Assembly (NCBI GenBank): GCA_965202585.1
Contig: OZ241827.1
Coordinates: 27,466,001-27,530,000 of the forward strand
Reading direction: 5' to 3'
Origin: Thalia democratica
Lineage: Eukaryota
Length of the DNA: 64,000 bases
Part shown: positions 1 through 14,500 of the stretch, piece after piece
Numbering within the stretch: the stretch's first letter is position 1
Layout of the letters: each line of letters opens with the position of its first letter
Translations under genes and position numbers: made by a program
The notes under the pieces: generated by a model
Seen by the model: only the letters and a program-made list of their open reading frames with translations
Told to the model about the DNA's origin: nothing
The model's database searches: none

Positions 1-2218
1 TAATTTTTTTTAATTTAGTTATAATTTTTTTATTTCCAAATGTTCTAGATTAATGGACTTGAATCTTTGCCGTTTTCAAAATAATATTTCAAAGATTTTA
101 AGTACCAGTTTTATAACTAGAATAACAAGCTATAATGCTCATAAGCTTGAGAAATATCACGTATAAAAGCAAGCAAAAAGACTTTGATATAAAATTACTT
201 TTGTAATAATATCAGCAACTAATAATAGTCTTTTGTTATATTGTTTTTACACGTGGTAAATGTGCAAAATATTAACAAAAGGTATATTTCATTTTAAGGT
301 ACTGAATAGGATGTCTTATGAAGTATAGACAGTATCAACAGCTTATTTTGTTTGAAAATGTCTTTAGATTTTTTTTTTCCTTCAGAACAAAATTTTCCTA
401 AATAACTTTTTTTTTTTGAATAAACAATGTAACTTTGCTAATTTTGAGAAAACACTAATATATAAAAAATCGTTAGTTTATGCTTCATGAGTTCCGTGGC
501 AAAACAAAAATTGTGTTTTTAAAAGACTTGTAAATATGTTAAAAACTTATTTTACAGGCGAGTATTCATTATGAATATTCGTAATTTTGATTTTTCTCAC
601 TACAATTTCATTTAAGCTGAACAATATTAAACAAACAAATACAAAGGCAAGTTAAAGCAGCAAAAACATAATATTAAGCAATACTTATTACAATTGTGTA
701 AAGCAATGTAAATATTGTTTTTCTACGATACAAAGTTCTTACAACCTCAGCTTTGCATTTAAATTAGATTTGAAAATAAGTTCAACTATTATGCATGTAT
801 AACAACTGAATTGTTATAAAATATTATTATTGAAATATTTGTAAATTTTTACTGTCCAAATTAAAATATTTCAAAAATTTAGAAGTTTTTACAGTCCTAA
901 AACTTTTTTTTGGAGTTTAAAAAAAAATTCATGTTTTAACATGATTGTATAATTTTTTGTTATTTATACTTACTGATTCTGTATTAGAAAAAAAATCTTC
1001 ATTGGTTATAATTTACTTTAATATATAGAATTAAACAGCAAAATAAAATTTTCATTATTTCTAACTGTTCCCAGATTTTTTGGCAGTTAGTTAATGTTAA
1101 ATTGTTGTATAAAAAATTGTTTAAGAACAAACAGAATTAAAGCTTTAAATACAATTCTAGTTTTATTTCAAATAAATTCAATGCCAAGTTTATATCAAAG
1201 TTGTAATAAAAGTATTATATTGATAATTATGAAGTTTTTAAATCATAATCAAAAATAAAAAACAAAAAGTAATTCTACTAAGTTAAATTTTACTAGTGGT
1301 CTTCTGAATTGTGCTGTTGTCCAACAAATGTTTAAATAGCAATCATACTATTACAATAGTAAATTCAAACAAGTTTGCAACAATAGTATTCATTCCAATA
1401 AAACATATAATTGTTGTGTACAAAGGTATAGGGGTAGTACTGCACACGGGCTTAAAAGAGCTACAAGAATGTAGTGTGTAAAAAATAATTAAAAAGGTTT
1501 TACGTCAAACTACAACTGCTAATTTTACTGACGAAGTTTATACACATACCTACAACAGTATTAAGCTGGTGCACAATTTACACGTAAAACACTTCTTTGA
1601 CAACTTTCAAAGCTAATAACAAAAATAACTAGACAAAGTATTCAGGGTTGATAGCTCATTAGTTCCGTTTCCACTATTCTAATGTAATATCTAAAACCTT
1701 CAGAAATTGTTATTATATAGCTTTAAAACTACAACAATAAAGCAGTTTTTATTTATTCTCATTACTTTTTAATTAGTTTATCTAACTACTTTAACAGCTC
1801 ATTTTAAGTTAATACTTACTTTTGTTTTTAATACTAGCAAATAGGTAGAGTAATGGTTTCTAAAATTTATTTAGTTTTTTATTTAAATCCTAAGAAAATA
1901 ATTTTTTGACATATAAAAGTTTAATACTAATAGATAAGATAGTCAACTTAAAGGTAACTTTTACATTTTAAAACGAAACTTACTGCTTTGAAATATATAA
2001 AGCTTTACAAAAAGTAAAAATAAAATAAGTCAACTCTTATAAAGTTATACAAAACTTTTTTTTTCTATAAATTTTTTCAACTTAAATCTAATTTATTTCT
2101 ATACGATAAAGTACATAATATACATATTCTAGTTTGTTTTGAAAACTCGAATTAAAAAGAAGAGTATATTTGTTTCATAAAAACAGTATGTACTGTTCTT
2201 TTTAATTCTTATTTTCAC

Positions 2219-2320
2219 AATAAACTATTTAAAAGCCCTACAAGCGGGCTCTGTTGGAGGTGATTTATTTAATCTAATGTATTGTTTTTCCATACATATT
2301 TCTATATATACATATGTATA
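2219..2320 (+). mobile_element. Relic 3' tail of a related PLE followed by a TA-rich tract
   Basis: AATAAAC..AAAGCCCTACAAGCGGGCTCTGTTGGAGGTGATTTATTTAATC aligns to the PLE tail at 30701-30765. It has the same AGCCC-N7-GGGCT hairpin and ends in TATATATACATATGTATA. Confidence 0.6.
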
Positions 2321-5300
2321 GTAATTTTGTTTTTAATAGTTTTCTCGAAAAACTTTAATCTTTTATATAAACTTTAATAAAGCATAACTTTTTTAACTTT
2401 ATTGTTAAAAAAAACTCAACTCTATAAGTTTTCATTGCTTGAGCTAAACTTTTGAAACATATTTTTGGACACTTTTCTAACCTTATATAAAAGTTATGAT
2501 AGTTTTTTTTCTTTATACTTAGTAAAGTAAACAATTATTTGAAATTTTAGTACTTATGTTTACATAAACAATAGCAAAAGGCTTTATAACCAAGTCAAAA
2601 TATTCAAAATCCTTTTATTTCACTACTTTTAAAATTTGAGTAGTATAAAACAACTCATGGAATATTATATACACTTTTTTGTATGCACTTTTGATTGCCC
2701 TAACTTTAAAAAAAAAATACTTCACAGCAGTTCTTTGACAAATACAAACTGTTGTTTATGAGATATTTTTGTTATGATGCATATTTTCTTAACTGTGTCT
2801 AGAAATTTGAAAGTACTTGAAAACTTACGTCTTACTTCATAAGTGGTTTATTTTAGTTTTAAGTCGATTATAGATAATTATTATAAACTTATTGTTTAAA
2901 AATAGTAAACTTGAACTATATTTACAACAATACTTTATAAATATGATGTCCTTAATAATCTTGAATAACTTTAAGTATGTTTATCTTAAAGTTTATCTAT
3001 TTTTATGCAATTCTCTTGACTTTCTTTTTGGTTTAAACTACTTTTTAATTGTAAGTATACAACAATATCCTAAATTTTTCAATACAACATAACATTTAAT
3101 TTGATACAGTTGTTTTTTGGAGATTCTATACCATATAGTTTTACCAGTTTGTCCGTCACTTTCTTATAAAAATATAAATCAAAAGTCAAATATTATAAAC
3201 TGTAAGTTTGTAATCACTTTAAAGGGATTAAATGTATTTTTCCATAAGGAGGTAACAAACACGAGTTGAAGAACAACTTAAACACATATATTTATTAGTG
3301 TATATACTGAAAATAGTTTTAAGCTTTAAATACAATAAAACATAATTTTGATTTTAAACATAAAACATTTTGTATGAAGAAAAAATACATCAAAACAAAG
3401 CTTTTTTTGCTTATTATTCAATTTACACATAAAAAAATGTTTTTTTTTTATTCTTAAAGTTGTAAGTATAATCTCAATTTAAAATTTACTATAAACATAG
3501 TCTTTATTAAATCAAAATGAAAACTTTTTTTATTTTTATATTAATTAAACTAATCTTGAAATAAAAAGTGTTAAAAATTTCATAATTATTAACTACTTAT
3601 TTTTGTCTGATATTTTTTTTGTATTTTTTTGTTTTTATTTAAAATTGCTACACTTTTGTTTAACTTTAGGCCATATATTTCAGTTATTTTTTCTTAAATG
3701 TTTTGAAATGTTTATTGTTTACCAAATACCACGGTTAATGATCCTTTTAAATATTAAAAAAATGTAGAAATATTCAAAATTACTATATTACTACAGATAG
3801 TATATGCCTCTCAACAACTTAAATACGATTTTACAGTATTTTAAAACGTTTTTAAAATACGTGGATTATTTTTATCATTGCATAGTACAATATAGTCAAC
3901 TATTAACTACATTTTTTTGGTTTTTCTTCTTCTTTACTTTCTTTAAAGTTTATCTAGTTTTTGTTATCATAAAAAACTATAATTTAAAACTATAAACAGA
4001 CTTATAGTTATTAAAATTTGCAAGTTTAGAAAGCTAAATTAGGAAATGATAAAAAGTCCTTTTAAAATACAATTTTTATTAAGTATCTAGAATATACAAT
4101 TTAAAATAAAATTGAATTCAAAAAAATGTTTGTTTTACAAAGCTAATAATTTAAATTAATACTTATAATTTTCATTTAATTTTACAAAAATTAAATATTT
4201 TAATTAACGTACTTTTATGCTACTTCAATTAAACTAAGACTTTCATATCTTATCTATATTATGGTTATTTTTTCTAAGATTTAAAACTTTAAAAATCAAT
4301 TACTTTTAAAATGTAAAAGTTTTTTATAGATGTAGTATTTTTAGATTTTTAGCTTTTTGTCTTTTTTTGAATACCTTAAATTGACTTTTAAAACTGAATT
4401 ACTTTAATTTTCAGGCAATTTGAAGTATTTTGATAATTGATAAAGCATGTTTTTTTCTATTTGGCTAAATTTTTTTTTTTTAAGCAACTTCGTTATATAT
4501 CTAAACTTCATCAAAAATACAAAAACAACAACAAATTTTGCTTAGCAATTTCTAGCTTAGTGTTTTTGCTTTTTTCACATTTTATTAGCTCAGTAAAACT
4601 CGGTTGTAAACGTTGAAACTTGCCTTGAACACAATTACAAAAGTTTCGCTTCCGTTTTGTTTTTAAAAGCTGTTGTTTTATTTTGAAGTTTATCCTATAA
4701 GTTTAGGAATTTATTTTAAGCACATGACTGGTTTAAACTGTTGCCCTCTTAATATATATATGTGTAGCAGAACAAAAACACCATTGTTAGTTATGCGCTA
4801 CATCATAACGTAATCAACAATGTACGCAATCGCCGCGACAGCAAAACAACTTTCAAGTAAAATATTTTGCATACGAAGAGTATTAAAACTAATTAATTTT
4901 GGATATCAAGAGTATGCAATTAGTTTTACTTTGTTTTATAAAATTCTTTTATTTATCAGTGGAAGGTGTTAGATTGCAGTTTGATAATAACTTTTTAAAC
5001 TTGTTTTAGATTGATATTAAGTTTAACCTTAAAGTTTTGTCAATAATAAACAGATATGGGTTAGACCATCAAAACCCGCCGAAAAACTGATCAATACTTC
5101 TGAAATATGTTATGCTGAAGTGAAAACGTTCTGGTGATGATACAACCTGCAAATTAGGAGTAAGGCTGCTCCTCACATTTCGTGGTCATGATTTGTCGGT
5201 GTTTTCCTTTCAAGTTTCGAAGGAATATCTTAACTTTTCGCACCGAAGTATTTTCAATGCGGTCTGAAAACCCATCTGAATTTTTTAAAGACAATTGAAC

Positions 5301-8300
5301 AACAAATAATCAAAAGTGCTATTTTAAAACTTAATCTTTGGGTTTTAAAAATACTCTTGCATCGACAACCTTTGCTGTTTTTGTTTATATTTGTTGATTT
5401 AGTAGTTAGATAACTTTATTTTACGCTTCAGTTGATTAAAATTTTATCTACACTTATTTTTGTATTTAACCCAAAGTTAAATAATGTAAAAATCAATGAG
5501 ACTAATGAAGCTGCCTGGTTTGTTAATACTTTCGGTAAAAAGAAATTTGCTTATCACTTGTAAGTTTGAAGAAACTCATTTTCTTAATACTGCCTAAAAG
5601 ACAAATCTATTTGTTTAACTTAACAACAGTGATTTACACAATTTTTGTAGATTAAATCGTAAAATGTGTTAACATTGTTCTTTTTCGCAGAAGTCCCATC
5701 TAAATTAAACACGTTTTTTTAAAACTACTACCTATCCGCATGTGTTCGAAATTCGAAAATGATAAGTTTACGAAAGGAAACATGAGTGTTGTATAACTTT
5801 AAAGTTACATAATGAGCGCCACGATTTGAAACAAACACAAAAAAAAGGTTTTTAATAATATCAGCAAGCCACTTAATCTTTACTAACTATAAACTAAACT
5901 TTTTCATATTTTAACTTGAGTAAAAGCTAAAAAAATACAAAATTGTAAACATATTTTTGAAGCTATACTTAGAAATCAAGGTTTTGTTGAAGAATTTGGA
6001 TACTCACGTAAACTTTAACTCAATGCAGTGAAACAATTGATCAAAAAATAATTAAAAAACCAAATAAAGTACAAAACAGTTTTACGCTGCATATCACAAA
6101 CCTAGTGTTCTTATAAACGAGTTTACAATTACTATACATTATCGAATAGTAAAAACTTGCAGAGTTATTTGAATAAAACTACACTATATTTCCATAAAAC
6201 TATGCGGTGCATTACCTTTACAAATGATGCTTAGTTCAACACATATAATTATGCTGAGCCCAAACTATGTATGAAAAATTTATACACCTGTTTGTTTTTT
6301 AGCATATCTTGTTTAAAAAAATATTTTAAAGCCTTTGTTTTCAACATGACCTGTAAACTTAGTAAGATTTAAACTGATAGAAAAAAAGTCAAGTGTAAAA
6401 TCTGCAACCTTGTGGAATGGTTAATTAAAAAAAAAACTTACTTCCATAGTAAAACGCTCTTGTCAATTATGGTAATTCTAATTCTGTAATATAGGAAGCT
6501 ATCAAGAGATTAAAAATGAAATTCAAGCAGGGAATATCATCAATTTTTGTCAAGATATGATCTGTAAGTATATAAAGTTCCAACTGAAGTATTTTTCAAC
6601 TTGGTGTATAGAATGATGTAATGGGGGTTGCCTTTACTCAGCATGTTTGCTTTCAAGAAAAAGTTTACATACTCCATTAAAGTTTATTCCAGCATGATCT
6701 CCAAAAACTACTTAGAATAATTAATTTTTTTAGAAGGTAGGTACACAGTAAAAAAAAATAACGTAATGGTTTATAAAAAGATTAGTGACAATGAAACGGA
6801 AGTCTTTAATTTAATACTGTTTTTGCTTTAAAGGATTACAATGAAGATTTACAATGAAACAATGGTGCCTGTGTTTCTTTTTTTTTTTTCAAATTAAAAC
6901 TGATGAATGCTAAGATGACAGTTTGAAATAAACAACCTTTTTGTGGTTTTATTTTGTGTATCCGATTATTTAAAGTGTAAGCTAAAAACTTGTAATGCTT
7001 TGTTAATTAGATATGTTATGTAAAAAAATTTGCATCTACAAGAAAAATTGCACGATTGTTTTGACCTAACTAGTATTAAAATATAAGACTACGTGAAGTT
7101 TTTCGGACTTTTGTTTAAACTTTGGCTCATAGTCTCAACTTCTAATAAGTTGTTGCGTAAAATAACATATCATAATTGTATTGACAAGGTAAAGAATTTG
7201 ATAAAACTTAAGCTTAAACCTTTATTACAAACTTTACCTATAATTACTTATTAAGAGATTGTATAAAGTACATGGTTAGTCGAGCAAGTCAACAAAACTT
7301 ACAGTAATGCTTGAAAAAATGGTTTGTTATGTAGAACTAAAAGTACATAAATTTAGGGGAGGATAAACTCAAATAATTTTTAAAATACTAGTCTTAAAAA
7401 AAAATAAAGCAACTTTGTATATCACTAGTTTTCAAGTTTTTTCTTATGATATTTTTGAAAAAAAATTAATACTATGAAGTTTTTTAACTTAATAGCTCTA
7501 AAAATAGATTTCAAAATATAGGGTGTACTTTGAAAAATTGAGAATGACATTAAAACATAATTTTGGTAAGGTAAAGTAATTTCAAACCCGTAGTTTTGTA
7601 TTGAATTTCAGACTAAAATAGAACGAAAACTGTAATTACCAAGCAAGCTATTTGAAATTTTATAACTATCTCGTGCAACCTAAAGTGAATTTATTTACCT
7701 TTAAAACGAACGGCTTTACTCATTAATAAGATATTGATTGATGGTTGATATCTTAATAAAAACTGAACAACTTCCCATAAACAGAGTACAAATAAACAAG
7801 AAGATGTATATAACTTGTTTTGATTATTTCGTAAACACTTTTCCGTACGTCATAAAAACATCAAACTGAATGCGAGGCAATTAGCCGCATTGCAGCAGAT
7901 TCTGGTTAATGTCAAAAGTGAACTGCGTCGTTTGCACATTTAATTGCGACCGCAATGAAAGTGATTTGTTTAACCTAAATAAATACGCAACTATTTTGAA
8001 TTTTGACAACAATAAATAAACGGTTAGTTTTACGAGTTAATTAAACAACGAGGTAGCTAAATTTGCGTTTGAAGTAGTTATGTTTAGTTATCAAAACTGG
8101 CTTGCTTAACGCTTAAAACTGAAGCAAATAAACATAAACATTTTTTTTTGTATTCATTTAATAATTTTTAAATTAGATAGTGTAACAAACAGATTTTTTC
8201 AATGAAAGAAAGTATATAGCAAAAAACTCCGTTGTAAACTATATAGCCAAAAAAAAAATTAAAGTAGGAAATTTTTAAAGCGAAACGTTTCTGTACACTT

Positions 8301-10099
8301 TTAATTATAAATATGTCACTTACTTTCTATTAAAAAAAATTCATCGTTTTAAAACTTTTGAACAAAAACTTTTTTTTCAAGTTGGAAACCCATTACTACA
8401 TACTCTGCTACTACCACAACTTATGATTGTTTAATGTTTACTAGATTAACCGTTTCACAAAAAATATTAGACGAATTAATAATATACATTGAGAGTTACT
8501 TGTTATAACTTGTTTTAATTCTAGATACTTATTGCAAATAAGATTATAAGGTGAACCGCAACTGATAAAAAGTGTAAATAATTTATATAACACGACTATA
8601 ATAACTTTCATTATTAAGTCCTGCTGAACTTTTTCAGAAACAAATTCCAAACTACGGCTTCAAGCAAAACGCGTTGAGAAAATCTTCAGCAATTTGAAAC
8701 GAAAGGCTTTTTGTAATCAGCAAATAGAAAGCTGTAATTTTTTTTTTCCAAGGAAGAGCTCTGAATGAGATGCGCTCTGTTTTTGTGGTGATCGGCAACT
8801 TTGAAGCTGGGAGGATGAAAATTTTTAACGCCCACTGAATATCTATCTCACTCTGTGGCGGGCCGAATTCTTTTGTGCGAAGATTTATAATGAGATCAGC
8901 TTGTACACATCACTCTTTTTATTGTATTTACACCGATAACTAAAGCTAAATTGCTGCACATAAAAACGCAGCGGCCTTAACAGAACCAGCAGCGTGACGA
9001 AATGTTTGAATAAACAAATGATTTGTTTTTTTGTGAATAGAGATAAGAGACCGCATCGCTTTAAAACAACAACATTAGTTTTGAATACGTAACTTTTTAA
9101 AGGCCCAATCGAAATTTGCCTGAGCGAAATCTAATGAATCATCTCAAGCAGAAAAAAATTGAAAATAGAAAAAAAACTGGAAAAGTAAAGTTCAAAAGCT
9201 ATGGTGGGCAGGCAATTTAATTTGACAGAAGGCATCATAATTTTGACGTTATTACAACAAACAGATGTTTACAATTTAATTTTTGTTACGCAACAATTTC
9301 GTCTAGTGGCAAGGGGTAGTCGACAATTAAACATGCTGTTCGTAACCTTATCAATTTCTCAGTAAAACCTTGATATTTCCGTGTTTAATTAATTTAAAGT
9401 TCAATCGCTATTACGGTTAAGTTTTATTAAAAAGTTAATAAAAAAATGTATGATTGCTTTTTCAAAACTCTATCTAAAACTGTTTAGCTTTTTGTTAATA
9501 AAGTAGAGTTTTTTTTTTATAAATAGTTATAAGTATTACTTTTTAATTGTTTTCCGTTTTAAACTAAAATTCAAAAAAAAAGCTGTTAATACTTGCAGAA
9601 GTAAAACTGACAAAAGAAAAATTCTAGGTGAAAGGCTAATTTTGCTGTTACATAATCAAGCAATTAAGCAATAAAAAAAAGATGATCTAATTCATTTTTC
9701 TTTTCACCTACTTTAGATAAGCGTTTTAAAAAAATAATACTTTAAAGTTTCTTGCTTAATTTTAAACATTCATTTTAACTTATGTTACATTTTGTTTGTT
9801 TTAACTAAAAATATTAAAAATATGTTTTCTACAGTTGCACAATACTTTTTACGCTTGACTATAAATACACTTCTAGATTAATAGATTACATTAGAATTAC
9901 GAGATTTCCTGTATCATGAAATCACAAGCAGCACAAATGCTCACTGAAAACTTCGAGATAAAACTTTTATTCATTCTGAACCTGAACTACAAAAAAAGAC
10001 AAAAATAGATTTACTTTAATCTTCATTATAGATTTGGTTTTTGATTAAACCTAATTCAAATCCTGTGCCAAGCTCTATTTTTTGCACATAATGTAATGG

Positions 10100-10650
10100 T
10101 TTTCTAATTATTCCCAATTAACGTGATATTAATGCGACCTTTGAAATCGAAAACCGCGGCACCTTCAGCAGCAAACGTCGCGCGCTTACTACTACGCAAA
10201 ATAGTTGACGTCATCAGGCGTTTTAGTTTACACACCGATACAGAAACAACAACAAACACGAAAGTTGCAACTTTACACACTGCCTGACATAACGCAAGTT
10301 TAAATTTAGACACTTTTCAACGGTTCGCTTCCAAAAGCCAAGGAGACGCCTTAGATGAAAATATCTTTACGCTTTGCTGGTCATATCTCCCACTCTCTGT
10401 GGTCGTAATGGAAATGATTGCTATGGAAAAATCTGTTGTTTTCTGCCTTTTCCACCTATAGAAACAAACACTCTACTTTGTGCGCCGGAAGCGAGTTGAT
10501 TGCACTCTAAACTGTGTGACGTAATAATTAAAAAAGTTTTCTGGTCTCTTGCTCCGAGTTTTATAAACAAAAAGCCTTAGGCATCGGAAATGCAAACAAA
10601 GCTACTGTGTAGTATTTCCTGTGTGTGGTATTTACAATATAAACAAACGC
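10100..10650. promoter_or_regulatory. Candidate cis-regulatory module 3' of ADAMTS
   Basis: GC/CpG-richer island with TGACGTCA (10206-10213), ETS-like CCGGAAG/TTCCTG/GGAAAT and Fox-like AAACAAA sites; no credible ORF. Confidence 0.35.
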
Positions 10651-11317
10651 GGTTTTTTTTTATATTTTGTTTTATTTTTTTACTTTTCATAAATAAAAAT
10701 GCAACAAAAGTGGATCGAAGTTTTGAAAAAGAACAAAAGAAAAACTATAATAAATAAGAAATGTATAATTGATTTAAAACTGAGACCAATTACGAGTTTG
10801 TGTAAAGTATAAATTTTAGCTTCAATTAACTTTTCAACAATTACTGTATGGAAAATGTATAGATATGGTTTAACACGATACACTTTTAGTCTCTATATTT
10901 GGAGCAGCAAAAGCAAAAATAGAAACTGCTTCAAAAAGACCACAATAAAAAAAGAAGGAAAGGCAGCGAAGACTATCGAACCAGCGATGTCTGAATGATC
11001 GATAAAAAAACAAATACACAGTGTCGTGAGAATTATAAATTAAAACTGCAAACAACGCAGTAGTAAACGTTTGTGTGTGCCAAAACGGCTTATATGCTTC
11101 TTTATAACTTTTTTTTTATCGAGAATAAGCAGAATTAAAAATAAAAACTTTTTTTTTATACCAGAAACTAAATTTGAAATCAAAACATTTTTTGTGAACA
11201 TTTTCTACACGTAAAAAAAGCTTCATATAATCTAAAACCGACTTTGCACTGGAGAGAAAACATTATAAATAAACTTAACATAAATAAGTTAAAATTGGAA
11301 AAAGAAGGAATTTAATT

Positions 11318-11591
11318 TCAGCAGTTCGTCACCCGGCAGCCCATCGACTCCGGCGGCTTCAGCGAGGCGGTGCACGACGAATCGGGCAATCCCCTGTTCC
11401 TCGCGTCCATGCACCGCACCTGCCGCCGCTTCATGCCCAGCCCGCAAGTTTTGGAGCAGGGCGTCCACCCGCCGTACTTCCAGCTGCCCGTGGTCACGTG
11501 GTTGTTCTTCTGCTGCGGCGGCGCGCTCCTGGTCGCCTTGCACTTGACGTAGCAGTTCTGCTTGCTCCTCGGCCTTTCTTCTTCCCGGCAG
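11318..11591 (-). CDS. ADAMTS: ADAMTS exon 8: end of TSP1-2, third TSP1 and stop
   Basis: Acceptor ttctcaacag. Translates CREEERPRSKQNCYVKC...WKYGGWTPCSKTCGLGMKRRQVRC...CTASLKPPESMGCRVTNC then TGA. Confidence 0.94.
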
Positions 11592-14500
11592 CTGTTGAGA
11601 AAAATAAACACAAGTTAGAAATTTGTAAAGAAAAGCAATGTATGTAGTGAAAGTGAGCTCATTAGCGGCAAGCCGCCTACAACAAAAACAACAAAGGCGG
11701 AGGTGACACTAAATAGAAAGGGGAAGGGGAGATGAATGAAAACAAAAATCATCAAAAAAGCCGCCCCTTTTAGACAATGGCTTACTTCCTACCAACAATA
11801 AAAACAATTAGACTTGATTAAAAAGTGCCGCCCCCCTTTGTCATTTAAGAGCACTTCAAAAAAAGTTGTTAATGGAAAGCTGACACTTACCTTGTAGAAG
11901 TTTGCTTTCCGCTTTTGCAAGTCACTGTTCTCTTCATGACTCCTTTGCCGCATTTAACTGAAGGGCTGTCCATTCTACACTTTCTCCATCTGCCGTTTAC
12001 CCATCTAGCAAGAGGATCGATATTTGAAGATCTCGAAGAAGGTACGTTTGATCTTGAAGAAGGGCTGAGGTCGTGACTGTGAACTGTAATCTTCTTGCCT
12101 TTTTTGTTCTTCTGTTGAAAAAAGTTCTAATTAAAATCAAGTTTTTACTTATTTTTTTCTATTTTTTTATTACATCATTTAAAAAAAAGTAAACTTAATG
12201 AATTTTTTTTCTTACCTTGCCACCCTTCTTTGATTTCTTTGGTCTTGGCATGTAGAATTGAATTTTAAGACGGGGATTGTAGAACTTGGGGTGCACTTTT
12301 TGGCTGAAAAGTTCTAATCTTAACTCTCTCGTCAGAGGCATGTCCGTTTTGATGCTTTCAACTTTTTCACCTACTCCACTGTACTGGATAACTCTACCTC
12401 CGTATGACAAGTCCTTGGAGCTGGTTTGTAGCATCATGTTGCCGTTTAACATAAACCTGCCCTGATCGTCTTTCAGTGCAAGATAGTGACCGTCATATGC
12501 CGATCCTCCTGAAGCTTTTTGGGTGATTCTTATCTGGCTAGCTCCCACTGGAAATGTGAACACGCTTTGGTATCCATAAATCTTTTCGTTGTATTTTTCT
12601 GTAAAAGTAAGTAAGAAGTTTAATAAAAAGTATTTTGAAGTTTTTTTCAGTTGGGTAAAAAACTACTGTAATTATTAATATTTTTTTTTTAATTGAACAC
12701 TTACTTTTGATTCTCTTGCAAGATTTTCTCGACCCCCCGCAAATTCCGCACTTGTTGAACTTGGTCTTCGAGTTCAAGATGTGGTCGCAGCCGGCTTTTC
12801 TGCACTCTCCCCTCACGCAAATGTCCGTGGAGTGGGCCGAGCACGGCGTCCCGTCCTGCACCTGGTGGCTCCACACCACGTACGTGCCCGTCATCTTGTC
12901 GATGCACGTCAGCTTGCACTGGTCCCGTGGTTTGATCTGGCTGTACTTGGGCTCCCAGTTGGTGGCGCTCGGGTACCCTCTCGGGGATTTCCCGTTGTGA
13001 GCGGCACACTGCTGGGCTCTGAAGTCGGCGTTGTCCTTGCAATCGTCGTAGTTGCAGCTAAGCACCCGCGACCTTTCGCCGATGCAGAACTTCCCTCCGT
13101 TTCTGGGAGCCGGGCTGTCGCAGTTGCGCGATGATATTTTTACTCCGCCTCCGCAAGTCCTAATAAAGAAAAAAACTTTAAATTAGCTGCTTACAACTTT
13201 TTTTTCAATTATTCTTTTTAAAGTAAAACTATTTATTAAAACCACGTTGTAAAACACGTGGCCGCTTTAAAATGACGGATGATCGGCACATCAAGCCAAT
13301 TAAATGCCGCATTCGCAGCAAACAGTAGCTGCATTTCAACTTCAAATGGTGGCTTAGCCTTAAATTATAAACTGCAAAACAATTTACTTTCTTTGTAGTT
13401 TTATAAACATTTATTTTTCAACCAATCAAAGGATTAAAGGATTTAAGTTTTCACAGGGTAAAACAAACTGTTTAATTTTTACTTTAAACTAAATTTACCT
13501 TGAGCACGCTCCGTATGAGCCCCAGCTCGACCACCCGCCGTCAACGGGCTCCGGCTTCTCCCTGGTCAGCAGGCACTCGCCCAAGTGACACTCCATTCCG
13601 TCACCACACGGCGTCCCGTCCGCTCTTTTGAAGTTTTTCGACACGCAAACCCTGTTGCCCGCGCCTTCGTCCTTTTCGCACCACAATATGCTGCAGGTGT
13701 TGTACTGCGGGATCGGGCAAGCCGTTGCCTTTTCTCCGAACAACATTTTGCACTGCTCGTTTGGCGAGTAGAACTGACCCGGCAGCTCCTCGGGGTAAAC
13801 CTGTACAAGTGGTAAAACACAGTTAAAAATTTGAAGCTTTAAAACTAATTTGTAGTCTTGTAGGTCAACTTACGTGAGGACTGGCTGTTGGTTTGTTTTG
13901 CAGGCACGAGCCTAAGCCCCTGTCGAAGAACGTTTTCATGTCGTGTCGGGAGCAGGCCGACCACGGCTTGCTAGGCACCACCTCGACTATGGTGGGCCGC
14001 ATGACGTGCGGGTTGGCGTTGTTCATGTAGTCGAGGCGCCTGCAGTGGGCGTCGTCGTCGTGGAGAATGTTGAACGTGTGGCCGATTTCGTGGGCGATGG
14101 TTATTGAGGTGGACAGCCCGTCGTTTTCGACGATGGCGCACGACTGGTCGGAGCTGCACATGCCTCCCATGTTGGCCATTCCCAAGGTCTCGGACTTGAC
14201 GCTGCCGTGCGCGAGGTCGACTTCAGTGAGGAGGATGGCTAAGTCGTAGTGGTCCGAACTTGTTTGGTCCGCGGTCCAGTAGTGTCTTTTCTGCCACTTG
14301 CAAAAGTCACTTAAGAGATGTTCGGCGCTTGTCTGCATCTGGAGGTCGCTTCTCTCATCAATTAAGACGATCTGATGTAAAGTCAAATAAGTTAAAATGC
14401 TCTTTTTATACATTTATCTACTTTTTTTCATTTGTCTTACCTTTGTAACAATTACTGAGATGACTAGACCTAAGCTTGGGTGTCTAAGAAGTCTGTTAGC

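Noticed and set aside
5055-6900. Possible decayed transposase (KVKCKIC, BED-finger-like, near 6386; GC-richer patches at 5060-5290 and 5690-5830)
   Set aside because: Only one short motif, frequent stops in all frames, and no TIR or TSD found.
12195-12215. ORF-track extension VRKKIH-stop suggesting a short ADAMTS4-like isoform
   Set aside because: A strong donor AAG|GTAAGA at 12215 joins in phase to exon 7; read-through into an AT-rich intron is expected and there is no transcript evidence.
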